Part shown: piece by piece, positions 1 to 8,168 of the stretch
Numbering within the stretch: the stretch's first letter is position 1
Layout: each line of letters starts with the position of its first letter
DNA from: Candidatus Omnitrophota bacterium
GTDB taxonomy: Bacteria; Omnitrophota; Gorgyraeia; Zapsychrales; Zapsychraceae
Direction: 5' to 3'
Length of the DNA: 64,000 bases
Assembly (NCBI GenBank): GCA_029261055.1
Contig: JAJDCA010000003.1
Span: forward strand, 3,641 to 67,640
Notes under the pieces: generated by a model
Database searches by the model: none
What the model was told of the DNA's origin: nothing
Seen by the model: only the letters and a program-made list of their open reading frames with translations
Position numbers and translations under genes: made by a program

Positions 1-1
1 A

Positions 2-568
2 TCAAAGGATTATTATACTTTGTCTAAGGAGATGATTTGTTTGGACAGGCAAAAAGAGGAAAAAATTGTGACGCCTGAGGTTGTGCGTACTGAGAAGGTT
101 TCAAAGTCTTCTGAGGTAACCAAAATGGCAGAGCTCGAAGAAGCTTTGCGGGTTGTAGAAGAAGAAAGGGTTAAGCAAGAAGAGGTTGTTGCAAATTCAA
201 ATCAAGAGGCTGAAACGATTGCAGTTACAGGGGTTGATTCGAAGGAACCAAATTTTAAATCGTTATCGCCAAAAATGCGGGGGGTTATAAAGGAAGAAAT
301 AAAAGAGTTTATTTCTACCAAGTTCATTATCCAAGCGACCAATGCTAAGACGGTATATGTTACAGGTAGTTTTAATGACTGGTCTTTGGATAATGCTTGC
401 CGTTTGAGGGGGGATAACGGAACGTGGGAGGTTGATATTTCCTTGAAGCCTGGTCTTTACAAATATCAATTTATTGTGGATGGTATATGGATGGAGGACC
501 CCGGTAATGAGCGCAAAGAGCGCAATTCTTTTGGGGACATTAACTCTCTTGTTGAGGTAACGGTTTAG
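2..568 (+). CDS. 5'-truncated protein with C-terminal CBM48/AMPK-beta-type glycogen-binding domain; probably a ParA/Soj-family fusion
   Basis: C-terminal VYVTGSFNDW...LKPGLYKYQFIVDGIWMEDP...NSFGDINS is the AMPK1_CBM signature. The frame is open from base 2 (SKDYYTLSKEM), which resembles a ParA C-terminal helix. Confidence 0.75.
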   Translation, partial: SKDYYTLSKEMICLDRQKEEKIVTPEVVRTEKVSKSSEVTKMAELEEALRVVEEERVKQEEVVANSNQEAETIAVTGVDSKEPNFKSLSPKMRGVIKEEIKEFISTKFIIQATNAKTVYVTGSFNDWSLDNACRLRGDNGTWEVDISLKPGLYKYQFIVDGIWMEDPGNERKERNSFGDINSLVEVTV

Positions 569-894
569 TGGGTAAGAAATTACCCTGTGAGTCCACGCAG
601 GTTTTGGAGGGGAAAATATTTGCTGTTTTAGCTTACCTTTCAATCTTATGTATCCTTCCGCTTATTTTTAAAAAAAATAATGCTTTTGTTCTCCAGCATG
701 GAAAGCAGGGCTTGGTAATTTTTGTTGGTGAGGTGGCTGTTTTTATTCTCCACATCATGCTTGGTGTGTGGTTTTTACGGTTAGGAATATTTGTTCTTGG
801 GGTACTTTCTTTTATTGGTCTTATGGCTGCCCTCAAAGGCGTTTATATTCGTCTTCCAATAGTTTCTAATATCGCAGATAATATAATTTTATAA
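568..894 (+). CDS. small membrane protein (DUF4870/Tic20-like)
   Basis: AVLAYL..ILPL....FV..HGKQG pattern, three hydrophobic segments, ends RLPIVSNIA. Confidence 0.65.
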   Translation: MGKKLPCESTQVLEGKIFAVLAYLSILCILPLIFKKNNAFVLQHGKQGLVIFVGEVAVFILHIMLGVWFLRLGIFVLGVLSFIGLMAALKGVYIRLPIVSNIADNIIL

Positions 895-996
895 GCATTG
901 TGGCTTTGCAGAAGTGGGCTTGTGCAAATGGTCATGAATGTGGTATCCTTAATACAGAGAGGTGGAGGGGCTTAAAATAGCATTTCTCCGGTAGGT

Positions 997-1512
997 ATGC
1001 TTTCAATGAAAAATAATTTTAACAATTTAGGGCAAAGTATTATTGAATACATGTTGCTTTTTGCATGTATTGTATTTGTTTTAATATTCTTTCTTGCACC
1101 TAAAGGTCAATTTTCTACGTCTGTCAACAAAGTATTAGATCAATCTATTTCTAGCATTGAGTGCATGGCCCGTTCTGTTTGTTATGAAAAGCTTGATATT
1201 CAATGTCAGCCTGTGTGCGGTAATGGCTGCTGTGAAGCAGGCGAAAAGATGAAAAATACGAGTTTATTTTGTCCAAAGGATTGTAAGGATGAAATTCGTC
1301 GTGAATATTGTGGTAATGGGGTGTGTAGTCGAAGAGAGGGGCGGGGGTTTTGTTTTAATTATTGTACGCTAGATTGTGGCCCGTGTCCTTGGAAGTGTGG
1401 AAATGGAGATATTGAGCCAGGTGAGCAGTGCGATGATGATAACACTATTGTAGGGGATGGGTGTGATGGGCAGTGTCAATGTGAACCTGCTGGGAGTTGT
1501 CCTTCTCCGTAA
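997..1512 (+). CDS. Flp/TadE-like prepilin with Cys-rich (Myxococcus-type) repeats
   Basis: Class III signal G|QSIIEY followed by a hydrophobic helix. Three CGNG repeats, including CGNGDIEPGEQCDDDNTIVGDGCDGQCQCE. Confidence 0.7.
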   Translation: MLSMKNNFNNLGQSIIEYMLLFACIVFVLIFFLAPKGQFSTSVNKVLDQSISSIECMARSVCYEKLDIQCQPVCGNGCCEAGEKMKNTSLFCPKDCKDEIRREYCGNGVCSRREGRGFCFNYCTLDCGPCPWKCGNGDIEPGEQCDDDNTIVGDGCDGQCQCEPAGSCPSP

Positions 1513-1522
1513 TGTAAGGAAA

Positions 1523-1795
1523 TTATCGCCTTTTGAGGTCTCGTAATTTTTGTTTTTGGCTATCCCGCATGTCACGGATACGCTGTTTTTGAGTCCGCAT
1601 CATTTCTTTTTGACGCGCTTTTATTTGTCGAATATTATCTTTCAAGTCATTATGGCGTTTTGAGGAGTCAACTGCATTGAATCTCGGAGATGTTCCTTTA
1701 TATACTTTTTTAATGGCATTGACAAAGCCTAAAAAAAGGGCGAAGGACACGGCAACTCCAAAAATTAGTAATATAACGCCGTCAAAATCTTTCAT
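1523..1795 (-). CDS. hypothetical membrane-anchored basic coiled-coil protein
   Basis: N-terminal TM helix, then K/R/Q-rich helix. Start moved to ATG 1795 (ORF track starts at 1822). Confidence 0.55.
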   Translation of the reverse strand: MKDFDGVILLIFGVAVSFALFLGFVNAIKKVYKGTSPRFNAVDSSKRHNDLKDNIRQIKARQKEMMRTQKQRIRDMRDSQKQKLRDLKRR

Positions 1796-1905
1796 GATGT
1801 TATAAGTATAAGGTGAAATCATGTTTTTATCAATTTTATATTAAAGAATTCGAACGCGAGGTGTTATAAGTATTTATTCTAATAATTAGAAAAAAGGGGA
1901 GAAGC

Positions 1906-2226
1906 ATGGATAATCAATATGACTTTAAAAGCGAATGGGAAAAAACTAAAAAGCAGCTAATTAAATTTAGTAAAGAAGCTGTAGAAACGGTTAAGAAAGG
2001 CGAAAAGGAGCTTATTAAGTTTTCGCAAAAAAGTAAAGTTCATATAGACGCTACAGCGGTTAGTTTAAAGAAGGAAAAGTTGTTTTATCTTATCGGAAAA
2101 GAATGTGTGAAAATAAAAATGCCCGAAAAGTTGACCCCGAAACTTCAGAAGCTTTTAGAAGAGTACAAGAAAATCGACAAGCAGCAAAAGGCTTTGCAAG
2201 GAAAAATTAAATCCGCAAAAAAGTAG
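1906..2226 (+). CDS. hypothetical coiled-coil protein
   Basis: Good SD (GGGGAG), Lys-rich helical sequence. Confidence 0.6.
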   Translation: MDNQYDFKSEWEKTKKQLIKFSKEAVETVKKGEKELIKFSQKSKVHIDATAVSLKKEKLFYLIGKECVKIKMPEKLTPKLQKLLEEYKKIDKQQKALQGKIKSAKK

Positions 2227-2352
2227 TTCTTATGCTCAAGTACAAATTATGCAGAAATCTGTGTAAAGATCTCAGGTTTGTTTTGTTTGAGTGTGTTCCT
2301 GTATTAAAATTTCAAAAATAGTTAATATTTCTATGGATAATGTGGTAATTTG

Positions 2353-2419
2353 CAGTTAATATGAGCACACGCTCAAAAGAACATTACAGTTAATATGAGC
2401 ATATGCTCATATTAACTGT
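2353..2419. promoter_or_regulatory. two palindromic operator-like sites upstream of the DUF134 gene
   Basis: Perfect 34-bp palindrome ACAGTTAATATGAGCAT|ATGCTCATATTAACTGT (2386-2419), plus a degenerate copy CAGTTAATATGAGCACACGCTCA from 2353. Confidence 0.7.
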
Positions 2420-2439
2420 GGTGATTGAGGGAGGGAAAA

Positions 2440-2829
2440 ATGAAAAAAGGTCGACGAAAAAAGGTTCGATATGTTCAGCATATGCCTAAAGTTGATCAAT
2501 TTAGTCCTCGTGGACGGCCTGGCCGGCCGGATGAAGTTGAATTAAGGGTTGATCGTTATGAGGCTATAAAGTTGGCAGATTTTCAAGGGTATAGTCAGTC
2601 CGAAGGTGCTACCTTAATGGGGTTGTCCCGACCAACTTTTGGTAGAATTTTACGTGAAGGGCGTAAAATATTGGCCGATGCATTGGTTAATGGTAAGACT
2701 ATCTATATTCGCAATGGCAGTATTCAAATAGGAGTTTTAAAGAAGACGTTTCCGCATAAAAAAGACCTTGTTAATGCTCAGCGGGCGGAAAGTTTTGTTC
2801 GCCGCAAAATCATTGCAAATCAAGTGTGA
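2440..2829 (+). CDS. DUF134 (UPF0251) DNA-binding protein
   Basis: GRRKKVR..F.P....VEL..D.YEAIKLADFQGYSQSEGA.LMGLSRPTFGRIL..GRK.LADALVNGK matches DUF134. ATG 2440 follows SD GAGGG. Confidence 0.85.
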   Translation: MKKGRRKKVRYVQHMPKVDQFSPRGRPGRPDEVELRVDRYEAIKLADFQGYSQSEGATLMGLSRPTFGRILREGRKILADALVNGKTIYIRNGSIQIGVLKKTFPHKKDLVNAQRAESFVRRKIIANQV

Positions 2830-2978
2830 ATTTTTCAACAAAAGAGATGTCAGTAGGATAGAATATGGGTAAATATTTATGTGTTTTGTGGGGTTTTATT
2901 GCGCATTATTAACTTCCTATAATATATATTATGTTAAGTACGTGAATATAATTTTTCATGAAACGCCATTTTTATAAA

Positions 2979-3359
2979 CTACAGCAAGTTCTTTATTTTC
3001 TTTAATAAATTTACTGTTTTAAATGGTTTGATAATGAAGTCATCAGCCCCAAAGTCTTTGTACGCATCTTCAATATAGGATTTTTCATAGGAATTTGAAG
3101 TAAAGGTTATGACTGGGATTTTGTTAGAAAAAGTAGTTTTAATCTCTTCACACAAGGTGTATCCATCCTTGTAAGGCATTAATATGTCTAATAAAATTAA
3201 ATCAGGCGTATCTGTTTTAATAATTTTTAAAGCATTTTTCGGGAAATTTAATGTTGTTACAGAAAATCCATTTTTTGTTAGAATCGATTCAAGCATGTGG
3301 AGCGTTCCAGAATCATCATCAATTACCATAATTTTTTTATCTATATTTTTTTCTTTCAT
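2979..3359 (-). CDS. single-domain response regulator (receiver)
   Basis: IMVIDDD, DLILLD, TFT, KPF motifs. Start at ATG 3359. Confidence 0.9.
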   Translation of the reverse strand: MKEKNIDKKIMVIDDDSGTLHMLESILTKNGFSVTTLNFPKNALKIIKTDTPDLILLDILMPYKDGYTLCEEIKTTFSNKIPVITFTSNSYEKSYIEDAYKDFGADDFIIKPFKTVNLLKKIKNLL

Positions 3360-3378
3360 AAATATTTCCTTTTTATTC

Positions 3379-3732
3379 TTAGATGGTCCGTTCAATTTGA
3401 GATAAAAGATCTTTTGAATTAAAGGGTTTTGTCATAAAAGAACTAATACCTTCCAATTCAAATAATTCTTCTGTGTGCGTTTTAGCCGTTAAAATCAAAA
3501 TTGGGATAGTTTTGAGGTCATCATGCCATTTTAACTCTTTGACGAGCGAGTATCCATCCATTGCAGGCATGGAAACATCTAGAACAATTAAATCAGGGTG
3601 GATTCTCTTTGCTTCTGCAAAACCGTGAACCCCATCAGATGCAGTAATTACTTCATAACCGTTGGATTCTAGTCGAATTTGGAGGAGTTCTCGTAATGTT
3701 GGATCATCATCAACCACAAGTATTTTTTTCAT
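3379..3732 (-). CDS. single-domain response regulator (receiver)
   Basis: ILVVDDD, DLIVLDVSMP, LTA, KPF motifs. SD GGAGG. Confidence 0.9.
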   Translation of the reverse strand: MKKILVVDDDPTLRELLQIRLESNGYEVITASDGVHGFAEAKRIHPDLIVLDVSMPAMDGYSLVKELKWHDDLKTIPILILTAKTHTEELFELEGISSFMTKPFNSKDLLSQIERTI

Positions 3733-3811
3733 TTCGCCTCCCTATTTTAAGTAAATCTTTCAATGCTTTAAAAATGTTGAGCAATCGAATGCGTAGTGAG
3801 CGCATTAAACC

Positions 3812-3844
3812 AAAAAAACCTATTCCTGATAATTTAGGAATAGG
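3812..3844 (-). terminator. intrinsic terminator (riboswitch expression platform)
   Basis: Minus strand CCTATTCCT-loop-AGGAATAGG followed by T7. Confidence 0.8.
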
Positions 3845-3863
3845 CCTTGGTTTGATGTTCTTT

Positions 3864-4010
3864 TTTCGGTAACCAGGCTATCCTTTTTCAGGACCCTTAG
3901 CTTTGCCCCTGCTTCGCTCAATTACTTTTGTGTTGATGCGTTTCGCAGGGCTCCGTCCGTTTTTTTAACGGCCAGAGGCCCCCAGGTTACCCCAGGTTTG
4001 CCTTTTCGTT
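3864..4010 (-). ncRNA. c-di-GMP-I (GEMM-I) riboswitch aptamer with internal insertion
   Basis: Minus strand GGCAAACC-UGGG-GUAA-CCUG-GGGGC [71 nt] GCAAAGCUAAGGGUCC...GGAUAGCCUGGUUACCGAA. All GEMM consensus blocks are present, a terminator follows, and a TATACT -10 lies at 4040-4035. Confidence 0.75.
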
Positions 4011-4072
4011 TTACTTATTTTTTTTGACACCTTAAGTATAAAACATTTTTCTTGAGATTGCCAATTTTTAGC

Positions 4073-4450
4073 TTAATTTAAAGTTTTATTTATTTCGTCA
4101 ATCAATTCATCAGCTTCAAAGGGTTTGGCAATAGATTTGTAATATGTACCACCAACGTTGATACCGCGCTCTTCATTCCCCTCTCCTTTTTTACCATATA
4201 CTCCTGTGAGAAAAATAACGGGAATATTCTTTGTTTTTTCATCTATTTTAAGAGATTTAACAGCATCTCCTCCCGACATGTTTGGCATCATGATATCCAT
4301 TAAAATGAGGTCAGGAGCTTCTTGCTGTGCGGCAGCAACGCCTTCTTTGCCATCTGACGCGGTAACAACTTCGAAGCTATTTGCTTCTAATCGTTTTTTG
4401 ACAAAAGCAATAATGGTTGGTTCATCATCGACAATAAGTATTTTTTTCAT
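4073..4450 (-). CDS. single-domain response regulator (receiver)
   Basis: ILIVDDE, DLILMDIMMP, FLT, KPF motifs. Confidence 0.9.
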   Translation of the reverse strand: MKKILIVDDEPTIIAFVKKRLEANSFEVVTASDGKEGVAAAQQEAPDLILMDIMMPNMSGGDAVKSLKIDEKTKNIPVIFLTGVYGKKGEGNEERGINVGGTYYKSIAKPFEADELIDEINKTLN

Positions 4451-5253
4451 TTTTTACCTTTTGTAAATTTTTCTGTCCTTGTAAATTTTTTATTTGTTTG
4501 TTTGATTAATTCAGCACTAATTGATAAAGCGATTTCTTCCGGGGTTTGGGCTCCAATATCTAGGCCGGCTGGAATGTTGATTTTATTAAGATATTTTGAC
4601 GAGATACCTGATTTTCTTAGTTGATCAAGAAATTTAATGCGTTTTGTTTTGCTGGAAATAACACCAATGTAACTTGCTTTAGATGTAACAACAGTTTTTA
4701 GGCAAGCAAAATCATATTCATTCCCCTGCGTGACAATCATAATATACGTGTTTTGTGTTAGAGGTAACTTTGCTAATTTTTGGGCGTAATTTCCACAAAG
4801 AATTTTGTCAACATGCGGAAATCTATTTTTATTTGCAAAATTACGACGATTATCAAGAACTGTCACGTGATAATTAAGCATTTTACCAATGATTGATAAA
4901 GGTAACGCTATATGGCCGGCTCCACATATAATAAAGTTTTTTTGTCCGGTAAAAGGTTCAATAAAAACTTTTATTTGTCCGCCACAAATGGATTGACCTT
5001 TGTGGCCAAAATAGTCATAAACGACCGTTTTGGGTTTTCCGGATTTAATGGCTTTACGGCATTCTTTTTGTGCGGCAAATTCGTTCCTCCCCCCTCCGAT
5101 TGATCCAAAGAGTGAGCCATCTTCCAAAACAAGCATTTTTGCCCCGGATTTACGTGGTGTGCCTTTAATGGTGGCCTCTATAATGGTTGCTAAGGCATAG
5201 TTTTGTCCTTTTTTACCAGCTTCCAGTGCTTTGGTAAGGAAATCGTAATTCAT
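4447..5253 (-). CDS. xdhC: XdhC/CoxI-family molybdoenzyme maturation factor
   Basis: GTPRKSGAKM, GSIGGG, ICGG, GAGHIA, PAGLDIGAQTPEEIALSI.AEL. Confidence 0.9.
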   Translation of the reverse strand: MNYDFLTKALEAGKKGQNYALATIIEATIKGTPRKSGAKMLVLEDGSLFGSIGGGRNEFAAQKECRKAIKSGKPKTVVYDYFGHKGQSICGGQIKVFIEPFTGQKNFIICGAGHIALPLSIIGKMLNYHVTVLDNRRNFANKNRFPHVDKILCGNYAQKLAKLPLTQNTYIMIVTQGNEYDFACLKTVVTSKASYIGVISSKTKRIKFLDQLRKSGISSKYLNKINIPAGLDIGAQTPEEIALSISAELIKQTNKKFTRTEKFTKGKK

Positions 5254-5319
5254 TTCTGCTCCGATACGGGGGCTAATTTTCGCAGGAATGAAGCCTTACC
5301 TGGATGAGTTTGGAATGCT

Positions 5320-5910
5320 TCATTTGACATACGCTTTAATAATTTTTTGTTCCTCTATAGGGCGGTCACCTGGGGCTGTTTGGGTATTTTCAATTTTTTC
5401 TACAACATCGTAACCGGAAACAACTTCACCGAAAATAGTATGCTTCATATGGAGCCATGTCGTCGGCGCGGTTGTAATAAAAAATTGGCTGCCGTTGGTA
5501 TTGGGACCGGCATTCGCCATCGCTAAAAGGCCTTTTCGGTCAAATTTTATATTTTGATCAAATTCATCTTCAAATTTTCCACCCCAAAGGCTTTCCCCTC
5601 CGCGGCCGGTACCAGTTGGATCTCCTCCTTGGACCATAAAATTCTTAATTACACGGTGGAAAATAATACCGTCGTAATATCCTTTTTTAATTAGACCGAG
5701 TATATTTTCGCAGGTTTTTGGGGCACTATCCGGGAATAAGTTGATTTCTATCTTGCCTTGATTTGTTTCAAAAATAATAACTGTTTTTTGGTTTGAAGTT
5801 TGGGTATCATCTTTTTGAGATTCTTCAGGGATTGAAGAAGTTGAAGAAGCGTTTGAGTTTAATGTAAAAAGTAACATGAGTATGCTTAATCCAAGTATTT
5901 TTGTTGTCAT
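5320..5910 (-). CDS. cyclophilin-type peptidyl-prolyl isomerase with signal peptide
   Basis: [42 protein letters not shown]. Confidence 0.95.
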   Translation of the reverse strand: MTTKILGLSILMLLFTLNSNASSTSSIPEESQKDDTQTSNQKTVIIFETNQGKIEINLFPDSAPKTCENILGLIKKGYYDGIIFHRVIKNFMVQGGDPTGTGRGGESLWGGKFEDEFDQNIKFDRKGLLAMANAGPNTNGSQFFITTAPTTWLHMKHTIFGEVVSGYDVVEKIENTQTAPGDRPIEEQKIIKAYVK

Positions 5911-5913
5911 TGT

Positions 5914-7131
5914 TTATTCCTTATTTTTGTCTGGTTCTTGGGTATTGTCCTGATTTGGTTGTTCTTCTGAAAGTGGAGGGTTTGGATCTACAGGTGGCTC
6001 TTCAGGAGGTAGTGATGCTTCTTTTGGTTTTTCAGAGAGATCTTGTTGTTCCATCTCTTCTTTCTTTTCTTTTTCTACTTCTTTGGCAGGAGGTTGTTCT
6101 TCTGTTTTTTGTGGTTCAGGCGGTGGTGCAGTTTCCGGTATAGGCGGTTGAGCTTGAACAGGTTTTTGTAATAGCTTAATTTCTTTGTTTTTTTCTTCAA
6201 TAGTTTTTTCAAAAATGGTTATTTTTTCTTCTAATTGATTAATCCGTTTTTGAGAATTTTCCTTATCAGATTTTTCTGTATTTAACTCAGCATGAACGTC
6301 TTTAGTTTTGTCTTTAGCTTCTTTAATTTCTTTTTCTAACAAATCTTTGATTTTATTGAACTCTTTTCTATTTTTTAATTCATTTTCGAGGTTCGTTTTT
6401 GTTTTTTCTAATTCAAGGCTTTTTTCTTGAAATAAGCTATCAAGTCGAGTATGTTTTTCTTTAAGTTCGTCTAGCTGGGATGTTAAGTTGATTTCATTCT
6501 CAATCTCTTTTTCTTCCTCTTCAGATAGAGGTTTCCCGATAGGAATTTCTTCTCCAATAGGGGCTGGAGTATCAGTTTGAGACGGAATGATCGTTTCTGT
6601 TAAAGGGGATAGTATGGATGTTTCTTCAGCAGAAGGTTGTTCAACATGTTCAGTTTCTGGGATTGTTTCCTTCGCTAAAAAATCTTTTAGGTTGGGTAGA
6701 GGCTTGGATTCTGGCAGGTCGCTCAATGGATCTGCTGAATCAAGTTTATTTTTTTTAAATTTATCAAAAATATTTGTGAGTTTTTCAGGGAGTTTAAACT
6801 TATTTTTTATTTTAGGGGGTGACTCTTCTTGAAGAAAATTAATTTCATCTTCAATAGGTTTCTTTTTACCAAATTGAAATTTTGCAAAAAAATTCTTTTT
6901 AGGTTTTTCTATGAGTGGTTCCATGTCGGATGTATCTTGGGACTCGGGCTCTGCGTTCTTGAAGGCATCTTGTTTGTCAGCATTTAAAATATTGCCTCGA
7001 AGGATTTGGCCGGGGGTTAGTTCTTCCGCGGGGGCGTCTTCGGAAGAAGAGGTTTTGTCCTTAATGAGGATCCAAGCAACAACGCCTAAACCAATGATGG
7101 ATAGAATTACAATTGTAAGAAAAATAGCCAA
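5914..7131 (-). CDS. membrane-anchored coiled-coil, Pro/Glu-rich hypothetical protein
   Basis: N-terminal TM helix, long heptad region, low-complexity tail. TTG start with SD AGGAG. Confidence 0.7.
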   Translation of the reverse strand: MAIFLTIVILSIIGLGVVAWILIKDKTSSSEDAPAEELTPGQILRGNILNADKQDAFKNAEPESQDTSDMEPLIEKPKKNFFAKFQFGKKKPIEDEINFLQEESPPKIKNKFKLPEKLTNIFDKFKKNKLDSADPLSDLPESKPLPNLKDFLAKETIPETEHVEQPSAEETSILSPLTETIIPSQTDTPAPIGEEIPIGKPLSEEEEKEIENEINLTSQLDELKEKHTRLDSLFQEKSLELEKTKTNLENELKNRKEFNKIKDLLEKEIKEAKDKTKDVHAELNTEKSDKENSQKRINQLEEKITIFEKTIEEKNKEIKLLQKPVQAQPPIPETAPPPEPQKTEEQPPAKEVEKEKKEEMEQQDLSEKPKEASLPPEEPPVDPNPPLSEEQPNQDNTQEPDKNKE

Positions 7132-7160
7132 GAGAATACTCCTTTGATATAATCAATTAT

Positions 7161-7775
7161 ATGATTACATGTATTATTTTATCAGCTGGTAAAAGTAGCC
7201 GTTTTGGATCACCAAAGGCTTTAGCTAAACTCAGTCAATGTACTGTTCTCGAACATTTACAGAAGCAATTGATTCATTGTGCACAGGTGACTGAAATTAT
7301 TATTGTTGTTGGAGCCAAAGCTGACCAAATCAAATCTTTTATATTAAACCATAACAAAGTCAAAGTTGTCTACAATAAAGATTATAATTTTGGGCAGACA
7401 TCTTCCTTTAAAGCTGGTTTAAAATATGCAGCACCAGATACTCAAGGTTTTATGTTGTGGCCTGTAGATTATCCGATCATAAAAAATGAAACAATTGATC
7501 AATTAATTAATGCTTTTTTAGAAAATAAATCGAGTATTCTTATCCCTTCTTTTGATGGTCAAAAAGGCCACCCTCCTATTTTTTCTGCATCATTAAAGAA
7601 TGAATTTTTACGTTTAGATAATGCCGTTGGGCTCAACATGGTGGCACGGTCTTATCCAGAATATATAAGTATTCTTCCTGTCGATGATATGGGTGTAATT
7701 ATGAGTTTTAATTCGGAAGAGGAATTCGAAAAAATAAAGGAAAGAAAATTATTGAAAGACGATGACAGCGGCTGA
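7161..7775 (+). CDS. mocA: MocA/YgfJ-family molybdenum cofactor cytidylyltransferase
   Basis: IILSAGKSSRFGSPKAL, GQTSS, PVDYP, GHPPIF; lies next to the Mo hydroxylase genes. Confidence 0.85.
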   Translation: MITCIILSAGKSSRFGSPKALAKLSQCTVLEHLQKQLIHCAQVTEIIIVVGAKADQIKSFILNHNKVKVVYNKDYNFGQTSSFKAGLKYAAPDTQGFMLWPVDYPIIKNETIDQLINAFLENKSSILIPSFDGQKGHPPIFSASLKNEFLRLDNAVGLNMVARSYPEYISILPVDDMGVIMSFNSEEEFEKIKERKLLKDDDSG

Positions 7776-8129
7776 AAAGTTTGCACGGACGTAGGCATTG
7801 CCGATTACGTTTTGAACAGGAAGGCTTTTCCAAGTTCCAGAGGCATCTGTTTTGATAGCTGTTATGGCGTCGCCACCTAGGATGGCTGATTCACGTTTCA
7901 TTTTGTCGAGAACCTCACTCATATATTGTCGTCGTTCAGCATTAATTGTAATGTAGGCAATTACTGTGTGAGGTTTTTCAATATTTTCAACATAAATTAT
8001 TTCATTAGCAGATTTTTTAGACGGATAATAATCTGTTGTGATATCTTTTGAAGTCACACGATAAACGCTGCAGGCCGACGTCAGCGTTAAGAAAATAATT
8101 AGGAAAGAAAGTTTTTTAATAGCATTCAT
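7749..8129 (-). CDS. lipoprotein, possibly YbjQ-like fold
   Basis: Lipobox LTSAC; ..AILGGDAI motif. Confidence 0.6.
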   Translation of the reverse strand: MNAIKKLSFLIIFLTLTSACSVYRVTSKDITTDYYPSKKSANEIIYVENIEKPHTVIAYITINAERRQYMSEVLDKMKRESAILGGDAITAIKTDASGTWKSLPVQNVIGNAYVRANFSAAVIVFQ

Positions 8130-8168
8130 AATGGTTAAACCATATCAGAAATTTCTGAAAATTTCTAT

